A stretch of DNA of 64,000 nt from NCBI GenBank assembly GCA_004431415.1, contig QPMI01000542.1, positions 434,001 through 498,000 of the forward strand. Reading direction: 5' to 3'. The notes under the pieces were generated by a model that saw only the letters and a list, made by a program, of their open reading frames with translations, was not told the origin of the DNA and searched no databases. Positions 13,876 to 26,652 of this stretch are shown in pieces. Position 1 is the first letter of the stretch. Every line of letters starts with the position of its first letter. Position numbers and translations under genes: made by a program. Origin of the DNA: Cyanophora paradoxa CCMP329. Taxonomy: Eukaryota > Plantae > Glaucophyta.

Positions 13876-14582
13876 CTCCCCTGCCCGCCCGCCTGGTGCC
13901 CGGCCTTCGCCTGCGTCGCCACCCCACCCATCCGCCTCGCCACCCCACCCGCCAGCCTCGCCACAACGCCCGCCCCGCCCGGCCCGGCCGCCAGCCTTGC
14001 TTCTCTGCCCCCACTCGCCCCCCCCCCCCCCCCCCCCTACCCCTCCCCCTTTCCAAGTACCCTGCAATGTGTACAAGTACCCCCCCTTGCACCTCCGCGC
14101 GCGGCCCGCACTTGCTGCACTTGCACAGGGCCGGGCGCGGTCTGCTAGTATGGCAATCGGAGTACTAGCTATAGTGTACCGAATTCGAAGCTGCAAAATA
14201 CATGAATTGCAAGCTACAGCTACGTATATATCTATACGTACAGATGAAGGTCATGATCGATATCGATATCAGCAGATCACGTCGCGAAGGAAGCACGTCG
14301 AGGAGACGTTCCACACGCCGTTCGCCTCGGCCACGTCCTGCCTCGCGATCGCGAGCGCGATCGCGATCGCGATCGGAAACATAAATAAATCGATTTGGCG
14401 CCCGCGCATTTAATTTGCATGCCTCTGTTCTGTAGCTATGTGAACCTAGCATCACACATGCATACGTAGAACGCGTTGTTACTTGGGTTTTGATGTAATT
14501 ACAAATTGCGGACCTTGGCCCATGAGCGCATGGAGCGGCAATCGAAGCCCTCGGCGGCAGCCTCGAGCTCCCAGTCCGGTGC

Positions 14583-17489
14583 CTACAAAATGGCATTCGA
14601 CATGTGCAGCTTCATTGTCAGGCGCGCGAAATTCCGTGGAAATCGGCCATGAAGCAGCGGCCGCGGGAGGCACCGAGGTGCGGGCGAAGGGAAGAGAGAG
14701 AAAGTCCGGGAAGCGGACGAGCTGCGCGCGCGACCGCCGCACGCGTGTGTGCACAGCGGGCGGGCGGGACCAGCACAACGCGTCGCGGTCGCACCTGGAA
14801 GGCCGCGAGGGCGCCCTCCGCGAGCGCCGCCACCACCTCGTGCCACGTGGCCGTCGTGAGGACGGGCAGATGCGCCGCCGCCTCCGCCTCGGGCGCGAGG
14901 TACGGCGCCGCCTGCGCCGCGCCGATCGCGACACGCGCGCGCGCGCGCGTCAAGGATCACCAATGTCGACAAGAAGACGGCATTCTCACCTGGCTGTTCT
15001 GAAAGATGGAGTAGCTCCGGAACGGCACGGTCTTTGCGAGCCGCACGGGGTTCAGCCTGCGCTCGGGGCCCGGCGACGGCGTCAGCGTCGGCGTCGGCGC
15101 CAGTCGGGCCGGCTCTGACGCTCGGCCAGAGCTCGAGGCGGGGAGTGCGGCACCAGTGGTCGGCGTGGCAGGACTCTTGCGGCAGATCCCGCATCCGAAA
15201 CACGTCCTGCGGGCGATTCTCGGCCCGCGCTCGCGATCGGCGCCCCGGGCGCAGATACGAGGGAATGGGGCCGGCGATCACGAGGAGCGCAGACCTTCCC
15301 GGGGTGGTCCCGACACGTCATGGCCGGCGCGATGAGAACGCGCCCCGACGCCTTCGCGCCACCGTCGTCGGCCGCGGCGCGCATGCGCGCGCTCAGCCCC
15401 CCAAAAAGCGTACCCGGGCGAGCGCGACGGCGATGCGGAGGCTCCGCATCTGGTGGGCGATGTTCTGCCACGTATGGCAAATGAGCCCCGTCAGCGTTGC
15501 GACGATAAAAACCGCTAGGGCTGGCCGGACTTCCAGCCGGGACATTCAAAGAAATTAATTAGAGCACCTTGGACATGTCGTGGGTGAATGTGAGGTACTT
15601 CTTCCCGGAGCCGTAGGACTCCTCTTGATCGGGGACCAGCCACAGGTTCCCCCGCTGCAGCATCTGGGCCTGGGGGGGGGGGGGGGGGGGCGGGGTACGT
15701 TCAAGCTCGCTCCATCGAGCTCGATGGCGCCGGGGTACTGGGGCTCGCGAGCGTGCCTTGTACGGCCCGTCGACGAAGTTGCTGTGGACCGTCGCCGGTC
15801 CCTTTGCCGCGTTCCTCAGGTGGGGCAGCCTGCGCGGACGGGTAGGGGTACACTTGAAAATGCTGACGTCGCGGGGCGGAGGGGTACACGCAAAGACGGA
15901 CGGACCAGAAGTAAAGGCCTCCGTTGGGGTAGTAGTCCAGGTCGAGGACCTGGATGTTCGCCTGTACCCCCGATCATAAGGGCGCGGCGAGGTGGGGGAA
16001 GAGAGAAGGCAGGGGTACCGGAGCAGTGTTCAGAGCCACGTGGGCCTTCATGAGGCGGTTGAAAGCGTACTGGTCCCAGGAGACGGGGGTAACCCACCCC
16101 ATCTGCAGGCGACGGGGGTACTGAAATCAGGCCGCGCATGGTAGGGGAGGCTAGGGGGGTTGGGGGGGTGGGGGTAAAGGGCGGGGGGTGAGCTCACGTA
16201 GAGGCCGATGGCCTCCAAGGCCCCGGGGGATGATTTGGCGAAAAAAGTACCGATGTTGTAGTCTGGAGGGATAAGGGAAAGGTAGGAGGTCAACCAGGGT
16301 ACAGGAAGGGGGCTCGCGCGGGGTACAGGCGGCGCACCCTCCTCCCACAGGTCGGGCATCCGCCAGAAGTACCCGTCTGTCATAAAGGCGAGGTCCGCGC
16401 CCTGGGGTACGTAGTCGAACGGGTTCAGGAGGATAACGCTGTAGCCCCCGCGTCAGGTGGTGCAAGCGAGCGGTTGGCCGCCTTCGGGGCACACCCGTCG
16501 GGTTCTTGGAGGAAGATGTCGAATCCGAGCAGGAGCGCGTTGAACACTGCGGGTGCGCCTCTTAGCTAGGGGGTACGGACCCCAAGGACCGCGACGGGGA
16601 TACCGAATTGGAATTTCACGGTGTTCGTCTTGTTCGTTTCCGGGGGAACGAGGAAGGAGCGCACCCCAAGGCTGCCCGGACGGTCAGGCGGAAGCTAAAG
16701 CAGCGGACGGCGTGCCCGAGCGCCGCACCCGCTGATTGCTGCGTGCATCTCGGCGCTTGTGGACAGGATCAGCATGTGCCCGGCCAGGCCGATGCGGTTC
16801 GCGGATAGTATGAGCTGCGTTCGATTGAGCGCAGCGATCTCAGAAAGACGCTCAGAAGAACAGCGCGCACGTTGTGCATCATACGCCAGAATCCCATGTC
16901 GCCTGCAAGCGCACCCGGATCAAATTCCCTCCGGGGACCGCGCGGGAGAGCGCCCGACGCGGAGCGCTTAGCCCCCGGACCGTAGCTAACAATGACGCGG
17001 TTGCGCTGCCCGTCGGGCCCGCTCATAGCCACCAGGCTGAGGCCCAGTGCCTGAGCGGCGATCAAAAGGGCGCGGCCGCGGCCCCGGCGCGGCGGGCGAG
17101 GCGTGCCAGCGAAAGGAAGTTCCCGTTATCGTACTTGAAGACGTGGTACTTCTGGGGGAAGCGCGGCAGCATCGCCAGCGCGTACTCCAGCCGCGCCTTC
17201 ACGTCGTCTGCCGCGGAGCCTTTCGGTGCAGCTCGCGTCGCGCATCGATGCGACACGCACCCTGCAGCTCCGGAGGTATGTCGGCTGAGACGAGGGCGGC
17301 CTGGGCGCCAGGATAGGCGCGCTCAAGCGCGGCCCAGTCTGAGCTCGTGGCATTCGCGCTCGCTGGTGCTTCTGTCGCATTTGCAACCTGTGCGGGCGCT
17401 TCGGGCTCCTCCGCCGAGGCTCGGGCGTGCGCAGCGGCTGTGAGGACGAGGAACGCCGCGAGCAGCACGCCCCGGCCGTCTCGCCGCAT
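14583..17489 (-). CDS. Nucleotide-diphospho-sugar transferase (GT77-like) with N-terminal signal/anchor; multi-exon, 3' end approximate
   Basis: MRRDGRGVLLAAFLVLTAAAHA signal; exonic motifs LLLGFDIFLQEPD, NPFDYVPQGADLAFMTDG, YNIGTFFAKS, WDQYAFNRLM, LDLDYYPNG and VHSNFVDGPYK occur in GT77 order. Confidence 0.8.
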
Positions 17490-17733
17490 CGACGCGACGC
17501 CCCGAAAACCCGCACAAAACCGTCGTTGGCCGCTGCGCCCGCCAGCGTCCCGCGTCCCGCTTCTACTTCGCGCCGTACCCCCGCGTCGGCCCGTAGTACC
17601 CCGTACCCTTAGGCCGCTCCGAGCTGCGGGTTCACTTCGTCGCCCTCTCGAGCAGCCTAGCGTTGGGATCGAAAACTGTCCAGCTCCGCCGAGCGCCCCA
17701 GTGCTTGCGTCAGCTCGGCGCAGCTCAAGGGCG

Positions 17734-20519
17734 ATGCCACGAGCGCACAGAATCACGAACTGGTCCCGCACAGGTACGCTGGCACCCGCACTCGGCAGGT
17801 GGCTCGTACCGAGCGTGTGTGGCCGAGCTCGCGCTGATGTCCGCCGCTGCCGCTCGCGCGCAGGGAGCTTCTGCCCTAATGTGGTTCGCACAGCGTCACG
17901 TGCACGCGTACGCGCGGCGCACCGCTGATCCCGGGCGCCTCAGGTCCACCACCCGACTTCGGCATCCGAGATTCTCGTCATTCTTGCGGACGCCGAGCGG
18001 AGGAGCGCGCGCGTTAGGGTCGTTGGCTCTGGTGCATTGTCTGTGTATACGAGCCAGTCCGTTGGCCACGCACCTGACTTCGATTCAATGTACAGGGTGG
18101 TCGCCCCTTCTGAGCATAGTGCACTGCGTGGACACTGTCGTCTGGATGGATCAAATGTCATCGATCCTCAGCATCGACCGGCACGCCAAAACTGTGACAG
18201 TGCAGGTGGGCGGGCAGCCCGTGCAGCTTTCCGCGCCAGCGCCGCGGAATTCGATCCCGCTGCTGCGCAGGCCGGCGCCACGCTCGCCCAGCTGAACCGG
18301 GCTCTGGAGGCCGAAGGTCTGGCGTTCTCTAATCTGCCGTCCGTCTCGTGCGCCGCCCCCGCCCTGCCCCGCCGCGCCCGGCTCGAGCGGGCGCCGCGCG
18401 CTCCGCACGCGCGCGCGCCTCACGCCGCGACCGGCCGCGCCTGTTCCACGCGCAGCGGGCAGACGATAGGCGGCGCCATCGCCACCGCCACGCACGGCTC
18501 GGGAATGCGGGCCGGGCTTCTCTCCTCTGCGGTGCGCATGTGGCTCGAGTGGCCGCTCGAATTCCCTCGCGCGGATTCGAACCGGGGTCCCCCAGGTCCT
18601 GGCCCTGGAGATCGCGACGCCGGCGAAGGGCGTCCTGCGGCTCACGCGCGCCTCCTCGTCGCCCCTCTTCTGGGCCGCCTGCTGCAGCCTGGGGGTACTG
18701 GGCGTCGTCACCGAGGCGCGCTTCTACCCCCCCTTACCCCGCGCTCGCATCTCGTACCCCCCTCGCTGCGCGCTGATGCGTACCCACCTCAGGTCACCCT
18801 CCAGGTGGAGGATGCGTACGCCCTCTCGGTGCGGGGTGGGGCCCTACCGGGTACCACCTTCGATTCCTGACCGCGGGACGGTCCCGGGGTACAGGTCGAA
18901 CAGGAGCCCCGGACGCTGGACGACGTGCTCGTAAACTTCGAGGTGGGTACAGTGTTGCCGGGCCTGGGTAAGGCAATTCCGACCGTCCCCCGCGCAGTCC
19001 GTCGCGCGGTCCGCGGAGTACGTGCGCTTCTGGTGGTACCCACACACAGACTGGGGTGCGCCGTTCGGTTCCGACGTCGTACCCGTCTTTCGCCCGTCCG
19101 ACCCTCGAGCCCGTCAGTGCTGCTGAACACCGCGGACCGCGTACCCCCCGCCCTGGCCCCGCCGCCGCGCCGCCCCTCCCTCCTCTCCCGCCTCCTGTCC
19201 CGTGTCCGCTTCAACGTCCTGCAGGTGTTCCCCCCACCCCCTCCTCTCCCGCGTACCCCCTCATCCGCGATGCGTGACACCGCTGCGCCGCAGTCCGCCC
19301 TCCTGGCCTCCTGGATCGTAACCCCCCTGGTCCCCATCATCAACCGCGTCTGGCGCTGGCTCTACTTCTCGTCGCGGTACCCCCGCCTCGATAATTTCTT
19401 TTACCCGCAAACTCTCTGACACGGCCTGGGGTACACACAGCGCTCGAGCGATCGTCTGCCCGATTCAGTTCTTCAACTTCGACTGCCTTTTCATGCAGCA
19501 CGTCGACGAGGCGAGTGCTTGCTGTACCCCTTGCGGCTATCAGTATCTCACTCTTTCTCGCAGTGGGCCGTACCCCTCTCCGAAGCCGCAGCGGCGCTGA
19601 CAGGGCTTCGCTCTCTCATCGAGTTCCGGGGGTACAGGGCCCACTTCCCCGTCGAGGTGCGTACCCCTTTCCTCCCCTGTACCCCCGACATCCGATCAAT
19701 CTCCTGAGCCCCCACCAGGTCCGCTTCGTACCCCGGGACTCTGTCTGGCTCTCGAACGCGCACGAGCGGTGCGTCCGCTCGTACCCCTCCGTGGCGGGCG
19801 CCTTTCTTAGGGGTACGGCGCCGCAGGGACGTTGTGTACATTGGGGTCATCAGCTACCGGCCCTTCGGCATCGATATTCAGGTTCGAATTCGCTGTGCCG
19901 AGAACGGACTGTAGGACCCGTCAGCGTCCGCCGTGGGCCCCGCCTCCCTCCCTCGGCGAGGGGGGTCTACCCCTCAGCGGGGAGCTAGAGCTAGAGCCCT
20001 ATCTAGCTCTGGATCCGGCCCGCTTTCCTTCGTTCGCCGAAGGTCGACTCCGTTCGCAGCTAGAGCTCTAGATCTAGATCTAGATTCAGTCCTGCTCTGA
20101 TCGATCTAGAGCTGCGACTCCGATTGATTGGTTCGCGCCGTACCCGTACCCCCGCAGGACTTCCGAAAGTACTTCGCAGACTTCGACGCGCTCATGCTGC
20201 GCTTCGGTGGGCGACCCCACTGGGCGAAGGTCGGCCCTGTGTACCCCCCCCCACCTCCCTCCCCCTTCTCCACCCTCCACGAACCCCCGCCCTGCCAGGA
20301 CCACCCCCTGGGGCGCGCCGAGCTGGCGAAACTGTACCCCAAGTTCGAGGAGTTCCGCCAGGCGCGAAATTAAGCTGAAGGGGCCGTACCCCTTATATTA
20401 CCCCCGCGCCCCGGGCCGCCTGATCGCATTCGAGAGCGCAGGTCAGGGCGCAGTTGGACCCTGCGAGCCTGCTGGGGAACGCCTACACGGACCGCCTCTT
20501 CGAGCCGGGCGCCGCGTAG
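17734..20519 (+). CDS. GULO: L-gulono-1,4-lactone oxidase-like FAD oxidoreductase (VAO-type FAD domain + ALO domain)
   Basis: Spliced motifs ITNWSRT, VRVVGSGWSP, TVTVQAGATLAQLN, QTIGGAIATATHGSG, SLGVLGVVTE, QHVDEWAVP, AHFPVEVRF, GGRPHWAK, LDPASLLGNAY. Confidence 0.85.
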
Positions 20520-21390
20520 CCCCGTGGCGTACGTATACAGATCTAAAGCTAGCAAGTCGACGTTCCGGCCGGCGCCCGCGCCTGCTCTCTCAAGCTTGCA
20601 GTTGCTTTCTTGTCGCATGCGAATTGAATTCGAAGGAGGGGGCCGGACCCGCGCCGGTCGGCTGCGGTCGCGCAACCTGCAGCCTGGCAGCTTGCAGGGC
20701 ACTGCGGCGGGGCAGGGCGAGAAACTTCATTCGAGATTTCCGAAGCTAAGCGTCTTGCTCCCCGGGGCCGGGGCCTAGCTTGTACTAAGCTATATAAGTT
20801 AGGCGCATTCACCGAGTCAGACTCCGAGAAACTCACAGTGACGTGCACAATATATATAGCACTATCAGTGTTACATTTCGAATTCTAGCCGGCGTGACTA
20901 CTAGGCTACACGTTATACTTATTCAATGATTACAGGGCGCAGCCCACTAGAACTTCGGAAAGAAAGAAGGCGGAGACACTATGCCAACTATTACTAGTAC
21001 TCATGATCAGTGACCGCACTACAGGCGATCGCGAATCGAACTGTACACGGGCGCCGGCCCGGCGGATCTCGGGGGCCGCAGGCGCGGATCGGGGACTACT
21101 CAACTTACAGGAGTTGCACCAGAAAAAAACCTAGCTGAAGGGAAAAAGAACTCTACACAGGCGCGACGGAAATGGGATTGAAAGGGGGAGGCGGGGATAG
21201 AATCTCGAAATAGATTTACAGGGGGTCCGGCGGCAGCGGCCGGGAGGGACCCGGGAAACAGGGAACCTCGAAAGGCGCACAGGGAGCAGGACGGGCGCCA
21301 ACGTCGCGTGCGCATTATTTACAAGGGCGCGGGCGCCGCGTCGAGCCGGCAAATCGACCCCGGCGCCGGGCCGGCCGCCTCGGCTTCAGC

Positions 21391-24300
21391 TTAGCTGGCG
21401 CCGTGGACGGAGAGCGAGGGCGGGTGCTTGGCGCGGGATAGCGCCGACTTGGACACCTTGCAGCCGAACAGCGAGAGCGTCTGCAGCTGAGGGAGCGACG
21501 AGGCGAGCTGCAGCGCCCCGGCGCTCGTGAGGCGCGTGTGGGAGAGGTTCAGCGCCGTGAGGAGGGGGAGCCGGCCCAGGGCCGGCACGCATGCGTCCGA
21601 GAGGCGGTAGTTCTGCGCCGCCCATCGCTCAGAAAAAGAAAGGAAAAGAAAGGAAAGGAAAGGAAAGGAAAGGAAAGGGACCTGGGAGAGATTCAGGGAG
21701 GACAGGCGGGAGAGGCGGGGGAGGTGCCGGGCGACGCCGGCGTCGGAGAGGGCGCCCCCGCAGAGCTCCAGCGACTCCAGGTCCCTCAGCTGAGGGGGGG
21801 CGTCGGACAAGAGCAAAAGGGATCGAAGTCTACCGAGGCGGCTGATACCGAGGCGGCTGAAGGAAGTCTAGGAGGCTGAACCTAGATAGGAACGCGCTAG
21901 GTCCATGAATATCTTACGCTGAAGCACAGGCGCAAGCTTGCGGGCGGGCCTTGGCGAAAAAGGAAGCTATATAGCTACAGCTAAAGCAACAGCTAAAGGA
22001 AGCTCGGGATTATTATTGTGGGCCCATCATAGACGCCAGCATCCTCGGGCCTCAGCGGGGGGCGGGCGGACCCTCGCGAGGTGCTCGAGGCCGGCGTCGG
22101 AGATGCGGGCGGCGAAGAGGTCGAGCTCGCGGAGGGCCGGGAGGCACGCCAGGTGCGCCAGGCACCCGTCCGACACGTTCCGCGCGTCCAGGTTCAGCGC
22201 ACGCAGCCGCTTCATGTTCCTGCGGGGGCCGAGTCGGAGGAGAGGGGGGGGGGGGGGGGGGAGGGGGGGGAGGTGAGGGGGGAGAGGAGAGGGGGGCGGG
22301 ATTCCGTTGTTAGCCCGCGCTCCGGTGCCATCCGATCACCCGGGGGCTCGCTGTTAGCCCGCGCTCGCGGCGCCGGCGCCGGCGCCGCCAAGTCCCCTCG
22401 AACCCCTCGGGGGATGGCTCACCTCAGGTGAGCGGCGCCCTCGTCGCCGACCTTGGTGTAGGAGACGTCCAGCGCCTGCGCGGAGGCGGCCCGTTAGGGC
22501 CCCGTCTCAAGGCGCGGGCGGGCGGCCGGGCGGGCGGGGGGTTGAATTTGAATCCAGAGCAATTTAAACCAGCTAGCATGTACACCACGCCTCGTCTTAA
22601 GGCGCGGGCGGGCGGCCGGGCGGGCGGGGGGTTGAATTTGAATCCAGAGCAATTTAAACCAGCTAGCATGTACACCACGCCTCGTCTCAAGGCGCGGGCG
22701 GGCGGCCGGGCGGGCGGGGGGTTGAATTTGAATCCAGAGCAATTTAAACCAGCTAGCATGTACACCACGCCTCGTCTCAAGGCGCGGGCGGGCGGCCGGG
22801 CGGGCGGGGGGTTGAATTTGAATCCAGAGCAATTTAAACCAGCTAGCATGTACACCACGCCTCGTCTTAAGGCGCGGGCGGGCGGCCGGGCGGGCGGGGG
22901 GTTGAATTTGAATCCAGAGCAATTTAAACCAGCTAGCATGTACACCACGCCTCGTCTTAAGGCGCGGGCGGGCGGCCGGGCGGGCGGGGGGTTGAATTTG
23001 AATCCAGAGCAATTTAAACCAGCTAGCATGTACTCCACGCCTCGTCTTAAGGCGCGGGCGGGCGGGGAGCCCGCGATCCGCTCTCCGCTCTCCCCCACTC
23101 ACCTCGAGGGCGGTGAGGGGCGCGAGGTGCGCCATGCCCGCCGACGTGATCTCCGTGTCCGCCAGGTCCAGCCGCGCCTGCGGGGGGCCCACGTCAAGGC
23201 GGAGCGATCGTCGAGGAAACGGTCCGGAGGGGCCAGATCCAATAGAGCTGCTGCCACGGCGCCGGCGCCGGCGCGCATGCCGGCGCGGTCTAGACGCGGT
23301 CTAGACGCCGGCGCGGCGCAGCGCGGCGCGGCGACGCGCACCAGGGCGACGAGGGGCCGGAGGTGCACCATCCCCGCGTCCGTCAGGTCGCACGATTCCA
23401 GGCAGAGCGCTTTGATCGACACCAGCTTCGACAGGCTGGACGCGGAGGGCCGTGAGTGAGCAGGAGAGGCGAGGGAGAGGGAGAGGGCGAGGGAGAGGAC
23501 GGGCGGCGCGCCTGCCGAGGCCAGCGTCGTTGATGTGCGTGTAGGCGAGGTTCAGCGAGGTCAGGGAGGGGAGCGCTGCGGTCGGCCGGGCGAGCGAGCG
23601 CCGCGGTGTGAGCCGCCGGGCGAGCGAGTCGGACGGGTGGGGCGCGGGGCACCGGAGAGGGCGGAGAGGCCCTCGTTGGTGAGGCCCGTAGACTCGAGGT
23701 TCAGTTCCGTGAGGCCCTTGAGCGCGGAGAGGGCGCGCGCGCCGCGGTCCCCGAGGCCCGTCCCGGCCGCGTTCAGGTGCTGGAGCCGGGGCATCCTCGC
23801 CACGCCCTCGAACGAAGCGTCCGTCAGCTTCGTGCGCGCCACTTTAAGGCTCGTGAGGCCCGTCAGCCCTGCGCCGCCGCCGCCGCCCCGTCGGGATCGA
23901 ATCGAAGCGGAAGCGGGTTCGGCGATCGGGATCGGCGGCGCACGCGTGAGGGGCTCGAAGTTCGCGTCGGTAATTTCGATGCAGTACGAGAGGCTGAGCG
24001 TAACGAGGCCCGAGAGGTCGGCTAGCGGCTCGACCTTGATCAACCTGGGCGCACGCGGGCGGCCGGCACCGATCAGCGGCGGCGCGGGCGCCCGCGGGCG
24101 GGCGGGTAGGAAAGGGATTGCGCGCGGCTTACTTCGTGCACTGCTCGAGACTAATGTGCCGCAGGTGCTTGAGCGCTGGGAGGGCGTGAGAGGGCCGCGG
24201 CTGCGAGGGCCTCCGGCGGCGGAGCGGACCTGACAAGCGGGCCACTCCTTTATTCGAGACGCCCTTGCATCCCTCCAGACTCAAATACGTGAGGTTGTGA

Positions 24301-25284
24301 AGCTCTGCGTGCGTTCTCAGAGAGCGGAGAAGGCTGGAGAAGAAAAAAGGCGCGGGTCCGGACCGAGGATGTAATCGACGGCGTCATCGGTGAGCTTCAC
24401 GCAGCGGTCGACGCTGAGCCACGTGAGCGACGGCGCGAGCGATCTTAGGTGCCCGATGCCTGCGCGCGGCGAAGAGCGGAGCGGCGGATCAGCGTTGTGT
24501 GCGGGCGACAGCAGCGGACCAACGCACCCGCGTCGCTGACGCCGGCGCAGCCGGACAAATCGAGGCCTGAAAGAGACGCAATAAAGAGAAACCAGAAACT
24601 TCCGATCGACGGGGACACACGCACGGATCAAGGTCTGGAAGTGCCGGGAAACGAAGTGGAGCCAGCTGTCATCGACGCCGGCGGAGCAGGACGACGGCAG
24701 GGCGAGCTCCCAAAGCGAGCATTTGGCGAAGAGATTAAGCATCGAACGAGTCAGTCGGTTCCGGGCGACTGCGGCTGGTTAGGAGGCGGCCGGTTCAGAC
24801 GTACGCAAGGCGGGATCCTACACACCCAACGCCTGCACGACCTGCTGGGCCAACTCCGGCGGTAAAAGCTGCATTTACATAGTTAGCAAACGGCGCCACA
24901 GTGACGCGGGGGACGCACGGCAATCACATCCGCGTTGAATTTCGCCGCGTTGAAAGGGCTCCGAGAGAGCTCGCTTGCGAGAGACTCGACGCAGATCTCT
25001 AACAACGACAGCATCTGAGTGCCGCCATCGGCTCCTCGCCGCCAGGTCTGGACGGGCCGCTGCGCTTCCTCATGCCGCCCGCCAAGCAAGCGGCTCGTAA
25101 GGCTGCCGATAAACCCGGGGGCGCCGTGTTTCAACTCTGGCGACGACGGCGGCGACGACGCTGCGCTGCTGAGGATGGGGCTGCCGGGGCAGGGGCTGGA
25201 GCTGCTGGAGCTCGCACTGCGGATCGAGGGCTCGCACTCCCTGGCACGACTGGCCTTGCTACAGCAAGACGCAAGGGCTCCCAT
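21391..25284 (-). CDS. Leucine-rich repeat protein (RI/AMN1-like LRRs) with N-terminal MGALASCC acylation motif
   Basis: Many LRR exons (LQHLNAAGTGLGDRG, LTELNLESTGLTNEG, LRELDLFAARISDAG, LESLELCGGALSDAG, LTALNLSHTRLTSAG); N-terminal SLLEICVESL segment. Confidence 0.87.
21635..21679. repeat. (AAAGG)n intronic microsatellite
   Basis: Direct reading of aaaggaaaagaaaggaaaggaaaggaaaggaaaggaaagg. Confidence 0.85.
22503..23066. repeat. Intronic minisatellite, 90-bp unit x ~6.3
   Basis: Near-identical unit CGTCTYAAGGCGCGGGCG...GTTGAATTTGAATCCAGAGCAATTTAAACCAGCTAGCATGTACACCACGCCT recurs every 90 nt within an intron of the LRR gene. Confidence 0.95.
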
Positions 25285-26652
25285 CGCAGGGAGATCGCGA
25301 TCGGACGATGCGCGGTTCGCCGGCTGGTTCGGCGCTGCTCAGGCCCGAAATCACCTGTACCCGGGAGTTGACAGCGGCCCAGTCAGCGGGCAAAGCGGCG
25401 TTTTGCGGGACACCGGCGTCCAGAAGCGCGGTGAGAGCGTGTTTGGCGGCAGCTACACGCTGGGAAACACGAACGACAAGCTGGCGGCGGCGGCCACCAA
25501 ACAAGCGCCTGCTTCGGCCGCGGCCGCGCAGGCACCTCGAGCGCTCGCGGATCACTGCTTTTACTGCTTTGACATCCTGTGTGCGAGCCTGGACGGCCAC
25601 GATGACCACCTGGCGCCGGCTTTTCCCGAGGCTGAGTGGTGAGACGCGTACGCGCGCCGTTCACTGTGGCTTCGCAATCGAAGGCAGCAATATGCGCGCA
25701 CAGGCCCGATCTGACCGCTGCGTGCGCAGCCCGCTGTTCGTGTCCTGGTACAAGGGTGGGTCGCTCGACCTGCGCGGCTGCATCGGGTCGCTCTCGCCCA
25801 TCACGCTGCACTCTGGCCTCAAGAATTACGCCCTGACGAGGTGAGGGACCTCTGCCCTCTCCCTCTGGCCGGCTCGCGCTCTGTTCCAACCAGCCTTCCC
25901 ACCGCGCGCCGCACGCAGCGCCTTCAAGGACAGGCGCTTCAGCCCCATCGAGAAGGTCCGTCGCGCGGTCGTTCTCGCCACTCGTTGGCCCTCTAGGTCT
26001 TGTCCTCGCCCTGACAGGCCGCGGCACGGCGTGGTCGCAGCGCGAGCTCTCGCGCCTTCACTGCGGCGTTTCCCTCCTGACGCACTTCGAGCCGGCCGCG
26101 GACTACCTGGATTGGGAGGTGGATGCATTTCCATCCTTCTCATCGCCGCACGCACGCGGGCGCTCACGTGCACGCGCGCGTCGCAGATCGGCGTGCACGG
26201 GCTCGTCATCGAGTTCCACAAGAGCGGGCAGCGCTACAGCGCGACGTACCTCCCCGACGTCTGCCCGGAGCAGGGTCCGCGATCGCCGGATTCGATCTGC
26301 GCTCGCCCGCTTCCTTCCCCTCACCCGCGCGAGCCGGGGCAGGCTGGAACAAGGTGGAGTGCATAAACTCGCTCATCAAGAAGGCCGGATGGCACGGCGC
26401 CGTCGGCGACGATCTCCGCCGCTCCCTTCAGGTGCCTTCGGATTCGAATTTGATCGCCCCGCTCCGGCCCCCCCTGAGCCCCCCCGCAGGTCACGCGGTG
26501 CGGCCCGCCCGCGCCGTGCCTAGACCGCGTCGGATCAAATCTCGAATTTGAATTTGACCTCTTCCCCGTCGCCTCGACAGGTACCAGGGCACGAAGTGCA
26601 TGGTCTCGTGGGACGAGTACCAGGCCTACATCAAGCAGATCAGGGCGGAATA
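25175..26652 (+). CDS. AMMECR1: AMMECR1-domain protein (start codon uncertain)
   Basis: Spliced: CFYCFDIL..PLFVSW..LRGCIGS..YALTSAFKDRRFSPI..CGVSLLTHFE..DWEIGVHG..SATYLPDVCPEQGW..SLIKKAG..VTRYQG; the LRGCIG signature is intact. Confidence 0.92.

Noticed and set aside
22503-23066. CRISPR-like periodicity
   Set aside because: Units are identical end to end with no unique spacers, there are no cas genes, and the context is eukaryotic.
22424-23459. Long repetitive ORFs (224-343 aa) on both strands
   Set aside because: They are a by-product of a stop-free 90-bp minisatellite inside an intron of the LRR gene.
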